64,000 nt of DNA, from the NCBI RefSeq assembly GCF_009914755.1, contig NC_060932.1; one strand, 5' to 3'. The position numbers and the translations under genes were made by a program. Every line of letters starts with the position of its first letter. The stretch's first letter is position 1. This document shows, in pieces, positions 12,521 to 28,101 of this stretch. Below the pieces are notes generated by a model. The model worked only from the letters and a program-made list of their open reading frames with translations, had not been told where the DNA came from and searched no databases. The DNA comes from the human T2T-CHM13v2.0 reference genome, Homo sapiens.

Positions 12521-15500
12521 TCAGTAGACTGTTATAAGTCACATATGTTTATTGTAATGCCCAGAACAACCACTTTGAAAACTACAAAGAAATACATGAA
12601 ATATACCACAAACAGGTTAAGATAAAATTAAAAAACAAAACTTAATAACCCTTAGGAAGGCAAGAAAAGCAGTAAAAGGGGAATGAGAACCAGAAATAAA
12701 CAAATAATAAAATGCCAGACAAAGCACTAAACATATCAATAATTACCTTAAATATAAATGGTCTAGATATGCCACTCAAATATCAGAGAGAGGCAGAATG
12801 TATTAAAAAATTACCCAAATAATGAGGCTTAAAATATATGTCAAAATCAATGACCCAGGCATATTGATAGTAAAAGAAACAAAAGACATACCATGTAAAT
12901 ATTAATAATAAAAAGCAGGAGTGCCTATGTGAATATCTGACAAAGTAGACTTAAGGCAAATAAAAGTATCAGAGACAAAGAGGGACACCACAAAATAATA
13001 AAAGGATTGACCCACCAGAAATATGTAACACTCCTAAATGTGTACAAACCAAATATCAGAGCTTCACGACAAGAAGCAAAAACTGATAAAGCTAAGAGAA
13101 AAATAGCAACCTCCACAAGTATAGTTGAAAACTTTAGCACCCTTAGCAAACAGGCAGAAAATATCACAAAGGATATTCAATCAACCAACAGGATCTAACT
13201 GACGAATATGGAACTCTCAACTCAATACACATGTTTTTCAAAGCCCTATGAAAAGCTGACAAAAGATAAATCACACCCTGGGCCAGATAATAGATATTGA
13301 CATATTCAAATGAACTGAAATCATAGAGAATTTGTTCTCTGATCACAAAGGAATCAAACTAGAAATCAGTTATTAAAAGGCAGTAGAAAAATCTCTAAAC
13401 ATATGGAAATTAAATAACACATTTCTAAATAACACATGATTCAAAGGGAAAGTCTCAAGTGAAATAAAGAAATACATAGAATGAAGTTAAAATAAAAACA
13501 CAACATATAAAAATATGTGGGATGCAGATAAAACAGTGCCAAGAGGAAAATTTATAACAGTAAATGACTACATTAGATAGAAAAGAATGAAAAAAATTAC
13601 TTAAGTTCCTACCTCAAGATTCTAGCATAAGTAATGCAAAATAGACTCAAAGAAACTAGGAGGAAGAGTGCGATAGAGGTCTAAATTAATGAAATAGAAA
13701 TAGATAAACAGTAGAAAAAATAATGAAACAAATATTCTCTTTCAAAAATAATATAATTGATGAAGCTATAAGAACACTTGCAGAAAGTCAGAAAAAGAGA
13801 AAGGGAGAGAGAGATAGAAGGGAACAATTACAAATACCAGAAATAAAATAGAGGCTATTACTACAGATTCATCAGCCATCACAAAGATAATAAGGAAATA
13901 TTATAAATAACTGTAAATTCATAAATTCAACATATTATTAGATATAAACTGATTTGTCAAAAACTATTAACTACCAAAACTCAACCAAGATAAAACAGAC
14001 AATCTAAATAGTCCTTTATTATAGAAATTAATGGTATAACATGTTCACCAAAAATAGAATCCTCAGACCCAGATGGTTTCAATAGAAAATTCTACTAATT
14101 TATAAGTAACAATTAACGTCAAGATTTCATAAACTCTTGCAGAAAATAACAAAAGAGAAAATATTTTATAGCCATTATAATCTTATAATGAAGATAGTAT
14201 TCAACTGATACCAAAGTCAGACAAAGGCAGTACAAAAAAGAAAGAGAAAACTATAGACCGATATCTTTTATGAATGTAGTTGCAAATATCCTCAACAAAA
14301 TATTAGAAAACTGAATGCAACAATGTACAAATCAATTATACTCAATCATGAAGTAGAATTTATTCCATTTTATGAAAGGCTGAGTCAACTTTTAAAAAAA
14401 TCAATCAATGTCATCCACCATTAGAAGAGGCTACAGAAAGAACATGATATATCAGCTAATGCCAAAAAAGAAACATTTGACGATTCACAGGACTCATAGT
14501 GTTCATGAGCTGAAAGATTTAACATAGTAAATATGTCAATTTTCTCCAAATTTATCAATAGCTTTAATGTAATTCCTATCACAATCCCAGCAATGTTTTT
14601 ATACATTGCTGGGAGTATACATGCATATATGTTTATGGTACTCTCAAACTTATATAGATTGGCACCTGCCCTAGAATAGTTAAGTCTCTTGACAAAGAAC
14701 AATAAAGTGAGAAACATCACTCCGCCTGATATTAACATTTACTAAACAGTTATAGTAATTAGTAATGTGTGGCATTGGTAGAAGACTAGACACACATCAG
14801 TGTAACAGAACAGAGAGCTCAGAAATAGACCCACACAAATACATCTAACTAGTTTTTGATGAAGGCAGAAAAGCAGTTCAATGGAGAAAGGCGAGTCCTT
14901 TCAACAAATGCTACTGAACAGTTGGATACACGAACTGCCAGGCAAACCGTGAACCTCAACCTCTGTCTCATGCCATATACAAAAACTAACTCAAAAGGGA
15001 TAAGAGACTTAAATGTAATATGTAAAACTGTAAAACTTTTAGGAATATGTATAGAAGGACTCCTCTGTAAAGTACAGCTAGGCAAAGAATCCTTAGAGTT
15101 GACAGCAAAAGCACTGGCCTTTATGGGAAAGCCCATAAACTAGACTTCATCAAAATTAAAAGCTTTTGCCATGTGTTGAAACCCACATGAAGAAAGTGAA
15201 AAGACAAGCCGCAGACTGAGAAAAAATAGCTGCAAACCATGTATTCTACAAAGCACTAATATCTTGACTACACAAAGAATTCTCCAAACTTAGTAAGAAA
15301 CATCCGCTTAGAAAATGGGAAAAAGACTTAGACATTTTGCCAAAGAGGATGTCAGATAGTAAATAAGCATCTGACAAAATGTTCAGTATCATTAGCCATC
15401 AGGAAAATGCAAATTTAAACCACAACGAGGTGTCATTACACAACTTTTGGAGCAGAAAAAGTGGTGATAAAACCAATTGTGGGGACGGCGTGAGCATGAG

Positions 15501-16013
15501 GACCACTTAACATCATGGGCTGTGATGTTGGAGAACCATGCTGGAAAACAGCTGAGCAGTTTCCTACAAAACTAAACATACAACCAACATACAACTCAAG
15601 CAATTACACTCCTAAGTAATTTCCAAGAGAAATAAAAACTCATGTTTACATAACAACCTATACACAAATGTCATAGTAGCTTTCTTCATAATAGTCAAAT
15701 ACTAGAAGCAATCCAGGTGTCCATCTGTGGGTGAATATAAACTGTGGAACATTCATACCTTGAAATACCAGCCAGCAAAAAACGGGAGGAAACGATTGCA
15801 GTACACAAAGTCCAGGGAATTTTGCTGAGTGAGAAGCAATCATAGAAGGTAACACACTACGTGCTTCTAATTATATAACATTCTTGCAATGACAAAATTT
15901 TAGAGCTGGAGTGCAGATAATGTTTGGCAGCGGTCAGCTTTAAGTGTAGAAAACAGGGAGTTGGCTATGATTATTAAGGAAAATATGAGGGAACTTTGGG
16001 GTATGAGAAATTA

Positions 16014-16418
<405 letters not shown>

Positions 16419-17714
16419 TCAGTGGATCATATCAAGGTGAATATCCTGGTTGTGACATTTTACTGTAGATTTGCAAAACATTTCCACTGGAGATCCGGAC
16501 GAAGTCTATAAAGATCCCTTCGTATTAACACCAGGGGTTCAATGAGCGATTAGGCAGCATTTTTTTCCTCAGTGACTATCGATTCGAGTTCTCCTTGTCT
16601 TCACTTGGCAGATAGAAATGATATCTTTGTCACAATTTTGTCAAGAAACAATACTGGTGCATTAAATGACAGTTCAATCTCCTCTTTCCTTGTTTCTTTC
16701 TGTTATATTTCATTTTCAAATTTGATTCTGAACATGGCAGAACTCTGGATGTTTTATTATATTAAGACAGCGATGATAACTATAGTAATACAATATTACC
16801 TTCTCCTTGTACTGTACTTTTAATCTTTTTAAAACTATTTTTTATCTACCATTCTATTTGATGCAACAATCCATTGAGGGTAAAAGGCACAAGAGAGGGA
16901 GTCAGGGATGGTGCACTGTAAATGCATGCATCTATTGTTTTAATGGACTTATCTCCCCAAAATAGTAGCATCCTTCGATGTTTATTTGAGATGAAAAACA
17001 AACAATAAAAATCTTTAAATGCTTTTGACTGATGAATTCTGGAAGAGATTCCTGGGTCTTTTGGGTCTGTAAAAACAGGCATGCATTTTTTGGCTCCTCA
17101 GAGAAAATAGCCACAGTGAGTCTACACCTGTGATAGAACAGCCAGAACAACTGGAAATGACTCCTGCTGTTCACTCAGCTGCCTGGAGCCCAGATTAGCT
17201 GAAATGGAGCACCACCTTATTTGCAGCAGCAGCTGCCCTCGGGCTCCGATTCCTGTGGGACCTATGGCTTCTTCTTCCCTGTAGGAAGGTTGCCCTCAAG
17301 ACACATCCAATGGGTCCCCAAGGTCCCTGACTCTGCTGGCTTTCCCAGATAGCTCCACTGCAGCTGCTAGCCCAAATCCAAAATGCTGAAGCCCAGTGGT
17401 TTGTTTATCCCCCTACCAACAGGGTTCTTGGAAGAGGAAACCCAAACCACACAGGGTGTCCAGAGAGATCTGGCAATGTCTGAACTGTCCAGTACTAATG
17501 ACGAAGGTTGGGCAGCCCTAGCCATCCTGAAGCTTGCTACTCAATCCTCCTTGATCCTGGGGAGTTGATCCTGAACCTCTCACACACAGAAGGTGACACA
17601 AAAGCACTTACCTGGCATAACAACATTCTACTAACCAGGCCAAGTAACCATTACTACAGGAGAAGGCTAAGAGTGTACTAGCATTATACAGAAATGACTT
17701 GGTTATTCCAGTAA

Positions 17715-18070
<356 letters not shown>

Positions 18071-18656
18071 TATCAGTATAAATTTAAGGCAGATTTTAGG
18101 AATAGCATATATAAATCGATACATCTAGTCACAAGGAGGGTATTCTACATCCACCAAAGTATCGGGTAAATTTGGTGTATAAATATTTAGAATTCTTAAC
18201 GTTTATCTACTTAGAATAATGGAATTGCCAGATAGAATTTTCAAAGGAGGTGCCTACAAACACATTGTCAAGAAGGCGGGTCCCTTTTTAATGCTGAAAT
18301 TAGCTGTGAATGTTTTTAAGAGTTCCTGGAAGCTTACAAATTACACTAAGTGCTAAAAGAATCCCATGGAATATTTTGTGATTTCCCAGAAATCGTAAAA
18401 ATCCTCAAGGCATTGCTGAAACCTCACTTAGTAACATTACCAATTTTTTCTAACAAGATCCCATCAACATTTTGATATTAATGGTTTTGTTTTTAAACTT
18501 GTTTGCATCCCATTAGAGATGTGTATTTTATGAGTAATTTACTTTCCAGACACAGAAGACTAAAAAAAAGACCCTACAAACGCAATCAAAATATACTTAG
18601 AAGAGGTGACTTTTTTTTTCTAAACTCAAACCAAATAAATGTTTAGAAACTCATAG

Positions 18657-18977
18657 TATTATTATTATTATTATTATTATTTTTCTTTTTGAAATAGTGT
18701 CTTGCTCTGTTGCTCAGGCTGGAGTGCAGTGGGGTCATCATAGCTCACTGCAGCCTTGATCTCCTGGGCACAATCGACCCTTTCACCTTAGCCTCCTGAG
18801 TAGCTGGGACTGCAGGCATGCACCACCACACCCGGCTAATTTTTGTCTTTGTTTTTTTGTAGAGACGGAGTTTCATCCTGTTGCCCAGGTTGGTCTCAAA
18901 CTTTTGGCCTCAAGTATTTCTCCCTCCTCGGCTTCCCAAAGTTCCGGGATTATAGGCGTATACCAGCATGCCTGGCC
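18657..18977 (-). mobile_element. AluJ with (ATT)n tail
   Basis: tcatagctcactgcagccttga and ttgcccaggttggtctcaaac are J-type. Confidence 0.92.
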
Positions 18978-21089
18978 AATAACATGTCTTTTGACCTTTT
19001 ACATTCAAGGCTAAAACCGATAGATAAATGTATCTGGAAGATAGTATGCTTCTTGCAGTATAAAATGTAATACAAAATTTATAGCAGTATTAGCACTCTT
19101 ACTATTAATAATGTAGATTCATACTGCTAATTATATGAAATGTATATCAGTAGGCTAATTCCTCCTCAAGGCTAGGACAATGGCTTATTCTCTCTCTGCC
19201 TCCTCGCTGAGTCCTAGCATAATATTTGGCATTCAATAAATAATTATTTAAAGAATCAAGCAAGAACGCTTCCAGTTAAGAGGCCGGGAAAGAAAAGCTA
19301 ACAATGGATAGACTTCAAGTCAAGAACAGGGTTCAAACAGTTGAGTCTGTCTATACTGTCACTGGCATTCAGGCTCAAAGGCTGTGCCATTATGTGAAAG
19401 ATAATATACAGAAAAATAATTGGGATCATGTGATTCCAGAGTTTTAAGAATCTTATTTCTATTTGGTTTGATTTCTAATCATGTTTTCTGATTTTTTTAA
19501 AACCGAAAATGTATTTAAGTCAATATCTTTATATCTTTATTACCAACATCAATTGTTTATGCTTTCCCCCAAGGCACTACATGTTTAGTGATTAACTCTG
19601 TGATAACATTAAAGATATATAAAGATACACACACAAATACACACGTCTGTGCATAGTGTCTGCTTTTTAATGGCTCTTCAGCAGTCTTTTAATAAAAAGA
19701 GAATGATACCCTTTGACTCAGGATCAGCGGAAAACAACAGGGAGAAATGACGTCTCAGCCATGCCAGGCAGTGTCTGGGAGCAAGAAGTAGATTCAGCAA
19801 AAATGGATTAATCCAGCCCTAAGAAAGAACCAGTATCCTGATTTGTTAATCCACACATCTGGTTAGGCAGAGGCTACCCTACTTGCTCACAGATGTCCCT
19901 AATAATATTGACTATTCATTCTCATAGAGGGACGGGCATTTTAAAACTGTAACCTGTGCCTGCCACCCACAGAACGTCCTGAATTAATGAAATCCCCTGG
20001 TTACCAATGGCTAATAGCTGCAAAGGCCAGAGGGAATCCAGGGAAGGCCATAGCTCTCCATGCAGTTCCTCCACAAATCAAATTCGAGAACAGTCTCAAT
20101 AGATGTACTTGGAAAGAACTCAACAGACATTTGCAAAGAAAGTTACTTAACTTTCTTTTAAGCCTGACATTCTATAAATATGACCCAAGTTCCTTCAACC
20201 ACCTCTCAGGGAAGGTGGATTACAGAAGGAGTCCCTTCATGTTTTTATTCTTTTATATTGTGCCATAAAAATTAAGAAAATGAGAAGTCATTACCAGAAA
20301 TAAGAATTTTTAAAACCGTATTTAGGGTGAGCTATATAGTTTTAGGCTATTTCATTTTCCAAATTTCTCTTAAAAACGAGATGTAACTAGAATTCCATAT
20401 TTCCCACAAAATGGAAACCCACAAAATATTGAGTTTGAAGTAGTGAATGCCAGTCTGCCATGAAGAGGTTTTAAACTGCTGCTTTATGTAAAATGTGTGT
20501 CATGTGATCCTCTGACTTCGTATACTGACTAGTATTTAAACTATTCCAGTCTATCTGTCATTTCTCCAATTAGATGATAGACTCCATTCTGGGAAGAATG
20601 TTTGCATATAAGTACTCAAAAGTATTTGTCGATGTATCGCCTAAAATTATCTGTTTATTCAAAGAGACTAGCTGTGATTCTCTGTGTTCGGTTATTTTTC
20701 TGTGATCTGGTACACTAAGGACATATATCAGTGGCTTTTCTTTCCTCTTCTGCAGCTGATTAAATGCCCAGGTGATCCCGGCTGCATTATGTTTCCCAAA
20801 GGGCATCTCAGTTTGATTCAGTTGGCTGTTTAGTTTTTCATTTACAGATTCAAGCTATTGAGAGAAGGCTCTAATAACGCTTCTGTCAGTGTAATACATA
20901 GTTTGCAATTGCTTTCTTAACAACAAATAGCATTAAAAAATGAGCGTATGATTTTAGATCTTTAATAATAACCTAAGGGATTTCATAAGGCATTACCTGC
21001 CTGCATTTATATTTTAAATTTTGCAGTTATTTAACAATTTTTCTCATTTATTTTAGTGACATCCTCTCTTAAATTAGGTGTTTTGGTAA

Positions 21090-21300
21090 TAATAATACGT
21101 GTGGGTTACATTTTTCAGCTCTCCGGAGTGTTTGCATGCATTATTTCATTTTTCTATTTCCCACAGGCTGGAAAAGTTTATTATACATATTTTATAGCCA
21201 GGAAAAGACAGGCAGAGAGAAGGAAAATGACTTCCCTCAGGGTCATGGGGATAGCAAATAGCTGGAGCCAGAAACTCTATCTTTGACTTGCAGGCCCCTT
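21090..21300 (+). mobile_element. MIR
   Basis: attttatagccaggaaaagacaggcagagaga...gacttccctcagggtca. Confidence 0.6.
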
Positions 21301-21459
21301 TCTATCCACTGTAGTGCTGTTCCCAACCCTGTCCCAGGTCAAAGGCAGGCAGTGTGTGCGACGATCGCCTTAGAAGCTTGCCCAAAATATAGATATCTGG
21401 GCCCTCAGATGTAGGACTCTGTTTTTAAAAATAAAAAGAAAAAATTTTTTTTTTACCTA

Positions 21460-21785
21460 GTAATTTGTCAACAAAAAAGAGTCATTATTTGGCAAGGGTG
21501 CAGAAAAATAGGATCCTTCATGTTCCACTGAGGTTTATATAAATTTTCAGGGGGGATAATTGGAGAAACGTAACAATGTAAATGAAGATGCCTCTTCATC
21601 CCCAAATTCCTCAATGGAAATGTTCCTGAAGGTATAGCAAAAAAGTATGCCAATGTCTACATACAAAGATATTCACTTCACAGCTGCTTATAGAAGTGAA
21701 AGAATGGGGTGAGAGCGTGAGTGTCAGATGCGAAAGACTGTCAAAGGGAACCAGGTAAAAAGCATGGTAGGTCCACAGGCGATAA
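21460..21785 (+). mobile_element. L1M ORF2 3' fragment
   Basis: ttggcaagggtgcagaaaaatagg...atacaaagatattcac. Confidence 0.55.
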
Positions 21786-21799
21786 AGACTCAAGATCCT

Positions 21800-22040
21800 G
21801 GAGCAGTATCACATCACTGAGTTGGAATCCCTGCCTCAATGTACACTAGGTTTGTGAACTGGGGTAAATCCTTTAACCTATCAAAACTTCAGCTTCATCA
21901 CTGATAAAGCAATGATATTATTAGACCCAAATTCCCAGGATTATAGTAAAGATCAAATAAGGTAAAATGTATTATGCATTTAACACAGTGCATGGTGCGT
22001 AAAAGATACATAAAAGTTAGCTAGGACATTACTAGTGTTA
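21800..22040 (-). mobile_element. MIR
   Basis: ttggaatccctgcctc...ctttaacctatcaaaacttcagcttcatcactgataa...taacacagtgcatgg. Confidence 0.65.
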
Positions 22041-22388
22041 TTCTCATCATTATTATAATAAGTTGTGGTCCAGCAACATGATTTCAATTATGCTTATTAG
22101 TAATAGTTGGAATGGGCCAGCAGGAAGATAAGCTAGAGGGAGGTGTTCTCTTGCAAAATGTCCAAGATTCGACGAATGAAGGAGGCGTGTCCCTGGTGGA
22201 GTCCTCTTCTGGGTCCATCGATTTTTAAGGGAATATACAGAACAGTTGGCTAGTGCTTTTTCAATGTGTGAATTATCTCATAAGTAATCAATAAATAAGG
22301 GGATAAGGTGAGTATAACAGACTGCATCTTTTTACTAGCATGGAAATATGGGATGCTACCCGGGGCAAGATTCCTCACAAATGAAGAG

Positions 22389-22960
22389 TGTTAGGGAAAC
22401 CAGCCCCACACCACCCGGCGGGTACCCCGAGTCCAGCGGAGACAAAGGAGTTAGAGAGAGACAGAATAAGAGTTTAAAAGGCGGGTCCAGGGGACCTGAG
22501 GATCCGGAGGCTCGCTCACAGCCCAGAAGTCCCGGCCTCCACCCAATTTATTGGTTTACAAGCTCTTTGTTCTCAGGGCAAATGGGAGGGGTAGGAAGGG
22601 ATGAGGAAAAGGATTAATCAGTGAAGGAGAACTTGTGAGTCATTCAACAAGGTGTATGTGAATTTCCTCCAGCAAAGGCGTGTGTCTGAACTACTTAAGA
22701 TCTTTAACCTATTGGGACTGAAACGGGCGGGCGTGGGTTTCAGGAGAAGCCAAGATGTTTGATTATTCTCCATTGCTTCAGTGGAGTGTTATTTCCCCAA
22801 GCAACCAGTGGCATGCCGCTGAGCTCTTCTGCTCTCAGAGCATAAAGACATGAAGGAAATAAGGAGACTTTTCTCCTCAGAAGCCGCCCATGGCTCCCCA
22901 TGGGTGTCTCACATAGGGCAGACCAGCTCATCTGGCACCACAGAAACTCTCTTTCCCACA
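22389..22960 (-). mobile_element. LTR14A/B-like (HERV-K14 / HML-1) solo LTR
   Basis: TG...CA termini; reverse complement starts TGTGGGAAAGAGAGTTTCTG; AAGAG on both flanks (22384-22388, 22961-22965); minus-strand AATAAA at 22547-22552. Confidence 0.85.
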
Positions 22961-23580
22961 AAGAGGCATCCTCAGTAGTATATAAGTAGACAAAGAAAGC
23001 AAGGTGAACACCTGCAGAACACTTTCCATTAATGAAAGACGCTTCTGGTTTAGTGGTTTCAAGATCTACAACATGAAGAGAAGCTATCTGTGGAGTTGCA
23101 AAGGCAGATAAGAGCAGGTAATTCCTTTCTCTTAAAAACAGAGAGGAAGTACACCCTCAAATCATTTTCCTAATTTTCATAAACCAGGTGTGATAAAATG
23201 GACAAAAACTGTCTTTGAGGCCCTCTCTCTGGAAGTAGCTGAAGCAGATGCCCAGGTCATAAGGCTGCAGAACAGTCTGTGATCCTGGTGAAAACTGAGA
23301 AGTGGGATCAGTCTGCAAATATTCACAGCAAGGCTGTCACCGTGTTTGCTAAGACTCTGGAATCAGAGTTCTTCAAAGGTACACTGAGTCACCCCCAACA
23401 CTTTTCCCCCCCATGTCTGTTACTATATTACGCAGTTTTACAGGAAGTCTGGAAAGGTGTATGGCATTATTCCAAAAAAGACCTGTATTTCCCAGACTAG
23501 AAAGCATCTGTACCTCTTTAAAAACCCTGATAATATAACATCACAGGGAAGCAGAGGAGAGAGGTTAAAAAAGAGGTGTT

Positions 23581-23923
<343 letters not shown>

Positions 23924-24190
23924 CTACCTCATGAGTATACTAATTTTTTGCCATAAACATATATGTTTTTAATAATTGAAGAAAAACAGTCGAAACAGAT
24001 AACACATAATCCTAAATTATACTCATATTGTGTTCTCATACAAAATGCGATTGCAGGCCACTACATTAGCCATAGATGGCACTAAGCAAACACCTGAGGC
24101 CGAATTACAAGCCTGTAGCAGAATCTCATCTCCACCCACCGTGCCCCGCACTGCATGCATAAGAGAAGAAGAAGCTCAAGGACATACTCA

Positions 24191-24295
<105 letters not shown>

Positions 24296-25059
24296 CTAAA
24301 TACAAGGTACAAAACAGTGACTTAGAACAACAGGTACTTCCCATGACTTTTAATAGGTATTGCAAATATCTAGTTATACTGTTAAATTTTGCTCCTTAAT
24401 GCCAATGTCAAATGATCCCAGAGCTGCTTTAAGTAGTTACATGGATAATTATATATATTTGATAGCCTGGCATTATAGAATTTTATGAAATTCAGAATTG
24501 CTATTACTCCCAACTTATGTATTTTCACCTCTAAAAATGAAATTTAACCTCTGCAACACTTTAAGCCAAATATCTACTAAATGTTTACTTTAACATTCTC
24601 AGTGATTAACTAAATCAATATTAGCAAAAGAAATGTTGGTTATAGTTAATGACATATATTTTTACCATATCCAGAATGCTCTGCAATAAATATTTTTAAA
24701 GTTCTATATGCATACTTCATGGAATTATCCATATTAGCACCCCAAAAGACTTTATGAGGATACAAAGCTCTCCTCTATATTTAGTCTTGCAAAGCCTGTA
24801 AGTTTTTTGTTTGTTTTTTTACAAAGAATACTTTGTCATGATGACCAGCACCAAGACATCTGTACAACAATGGTTTATGTTTGATGTGCCAGTATATTAT
24901 AATCTATTAACTTCTTTCTGTAGAGCACAAGATCTTTTTCTCCTGAAAGAAGAAATGCTTCCTTTGGTGGCCAATACTATGAGGAAGAAAAAGTTAGGCT
25001 AGAACCCTGGGTAGTAAGGAGAAAAAGGAAAGAAGATAAATACATGATGATAATTAGAG

Positions 25060-25123
25060 GAATGATAGATAGATGATAGATTAGATGGATGGTAGAAGAT
25101 TAGCAGATACAGACAGATTAGAT

Positions 25124-25166
<43 letters not shown>

Positions 25167-25215
25167 GACAGATAGTAGATAGATGACAGACTGGATGGAT
25201 GGATGGGTGGATGGA
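25060..25215. repeat. Compound GATA/GGAT tetranucleotide repeat; pure (GATA)10 at 25124-25163
   Basis: Direct reading. Confidence 0.95.
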
Positions 25216-26439
25216 AAAATGACAGACGATACACAGATACATGAATATATAAATGAGAGAGAGATGTAACAAGAGAGACGCAGAGGGTGTGAGAAAGGAA
25301 GGCGGAAGAGAGAAGGGACAGGAGGAACAGAAACCATAATACTGGAAGTACATTTTAATAAACTGTGTTTTAGAATGAAACAGAAATTCTGAAATAGCGT
25401 AGAAAAGTATCAAATGCCTGTTTGTTAAGCTTGAAAGAAAAGAGTAAGTGGTAGCATAGAGAAGACAGACTTCCCACTAATACCCAAGTCCATGTCCACC
25501 ATTCCAACAGGCTCTAAACAGGTGCTTTTCCAAGCAATGCCAATAAGGAATACATTACATTTGCTACTTGAAATTCTTACTAAAATTATTAATATAGCCA
25601 TTATAATTTATTTAAAAAACCTACTATTTCAAATTGCAGTATTTGTATGAATACATTATTTTAGCAATCTCATTTGAAATAGGTGTCGAGGTTGATAGCT
25701 GTTGCAAACCAGTATAAATACTGCATGTTAAACGTAGCACCTGATATTTTTATTTCTACTTTTTGTTTCTCATGAACCAATTTATAAGTGACCATCATCT
25801 GATAATCAGACAATTTTAAAACTGAAAGAATCATCACTGAGACCTGCTGGTTTCCTTTCCGACATGTTAACTCAGTCCTGACTTGTTTAAAGTTCTGGTG
25901 GGAAGCGATGATAATTCATTAAGGTTTGTGTGTCATGTTTGGCTGATTTGCAATGTGTACAGATAGGGGTCACACTATATGAATGGGCTCTCATTAGGGG
26001 TGGAAAAAGGGCCATTCTGTAATTATTTCAAGCCAAGGCAAAGGTAGACAGAGAAAGTCTTTGTCAGTATTTCATCTCAACAATCAGCAGGTCCTGTTGT
26101 CAAACACCAATCTTTACTCCACGCTGCTGATGCTCAGTAAAAACAGAAAATGCAGCCTTGGTCTTGCATAGACAGCTTTTAGTTTGTCATATGGCATTTT
26201 ACAAATATATGCAGCTGTAAAATAGAAGTATGTGTATTTTAACCACATATACCATCCTTTCAGAGTAAAAGAACCAGAGATGCAAATGAAAACTGAAGAC
26301 AAAAGGATAATACATTTCAAGTTGTGAGCAACTTTAATGACACTGAGCCAAAATGGTTTTAGTTCCTACAGCATATGCACCCTCCTTATGTCTTGCATGG
26401 ACTCCCTCAGCTGTCCTGGAGCTGGATGCTCCATATTTC

Positions 26440-26730
26440 TTTTTTTACATATAATTATCTTATCTTTCCTTAAGTTCCGGGGTACATGGGCAGGATGTGC
26501 AGGTTTGGGACATAGGTAAACACGTGCCATGGTGGTTTGCTGCACCTGTCAACCCATCACCTAGGTATTAAGCCCAGCATGCATTAGCTCTTTTCCCTGA
26601 AGCTTTCCCCAACCAATGTTCCCGAAATAGGCTCCGATGTGTGTTGTTCCTCTCCCTGTGTTCATGTGTTCTCATTGTTCAGCTCCCCTTTGTAAGTGAG
26701 AACATGCGGTGTTTGGTTTTCTACTCCTGC
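26440..26730 (-). mobile_element. L1PA (older, ~PA8-PA11) 3' end, 5'-truncated
   Basis: gtgccatggtggtttgctgcacc...cctaggtattaagcccagcatgcattagc...gtgagaacatgcggtgtttgg. Confidence 0.88.
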
Positions 26731-27126
26731 CATTTTTCTTAAGTGCCTGCTTAATGTTCCTCCCTCAGCTATGGCTCCACTGCCGACTCTGTCCAAGAAA
26801 GCCAGTCTCTTTGCCAAAATCCTGCCTATCCCCTTCATAACATTCCCTGTGTTGACAGTTTTGGTTGGTTTGCTGTTCTGCCTGCCCTGCAGAGCTCCCT
26901 GTAAGGATTGAGGGCAGACACCATGTGGCTTGCTCGTGGAGGGAAGCACTGGCCTCAACCTACAAGAACTCACTGAACATCAACTCCTCCAGGCCACAGA
27001 GCTAGGAGTGTTTATTTGAAATCTTTCTACTTTTTTGATATAGGTGTTTAATGCTATAAACTACCCTTTTAGCACTGCTTTTACTATATCTCATAGGTTT
27101 TGGTATGTTGTATTTCTATTTTCATT

Positions 27127-27392
<266 letters not shown>

Positions 27393-27953
27393 TTATGTTT
27401 AAATTTTGTTCTTAATTTCTTTATAGACCCATTGGCCTATTTCTTCATAGACCCATTGGACACTCAGGAACATGTTTAATTTCCATGTATTCGTACAATT
27501 TTGAAAGTTTCTCTTGTTATTTATTTCTAATTTTATCTGTTACAGTCAAAAAATATACTTGATATGATTTAGATTTTTAAAAAATTTGTTGACCCTTGTT
27601 TTGTGGGATAACATACGATCAGTCCTGAAGAATATTCATACCATGTACTGATGAGAAAAATGTGTATTATGCAGCTGTTGGATGAAATGTTCTGTAAATG
27701 TCCGTTAGGTCCATTTGGTCTACACTATAGTTTAAGTTTAACACTTCTTTATTAATTTTCTGTCTAGATAATCTGTTCAATGCTGAGAGTAGTAGGATGT
27801 TCAAGTCCACATCTATTATTATATTGGAGTCTATCTCTCCCTTCAATAATGTTTGCTTTATATATCTGGGGTCTCTGGTGTTGGGTGCATATATGTTTAC
27901 AATTGTTATACATTATTTTTGTCTTTGTCTCATTTTACATTTGTTTCACTTTC

Positions 27954-28101
27954 CATTTATTTATTTATTTATTTATTTAGACACAGTCTTGCTCTGTCAC
28001 CCAGGCTGGAGTGCAGTGGTGCAATCTCAGCTCACTGCAACCTGTCTCCTGGGTTTAAGCAATTCTCATGTCTCACCCTTCTAGGTATCTGGGATTACAG
28101 G
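27954..28101 (-). mobile_element. Alu right monomer with (TTTA)n tail
   Basis: gtcttgctctgtcacccaggctggagtgcagtgg...gggattacagg. Confidence 0.9.
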
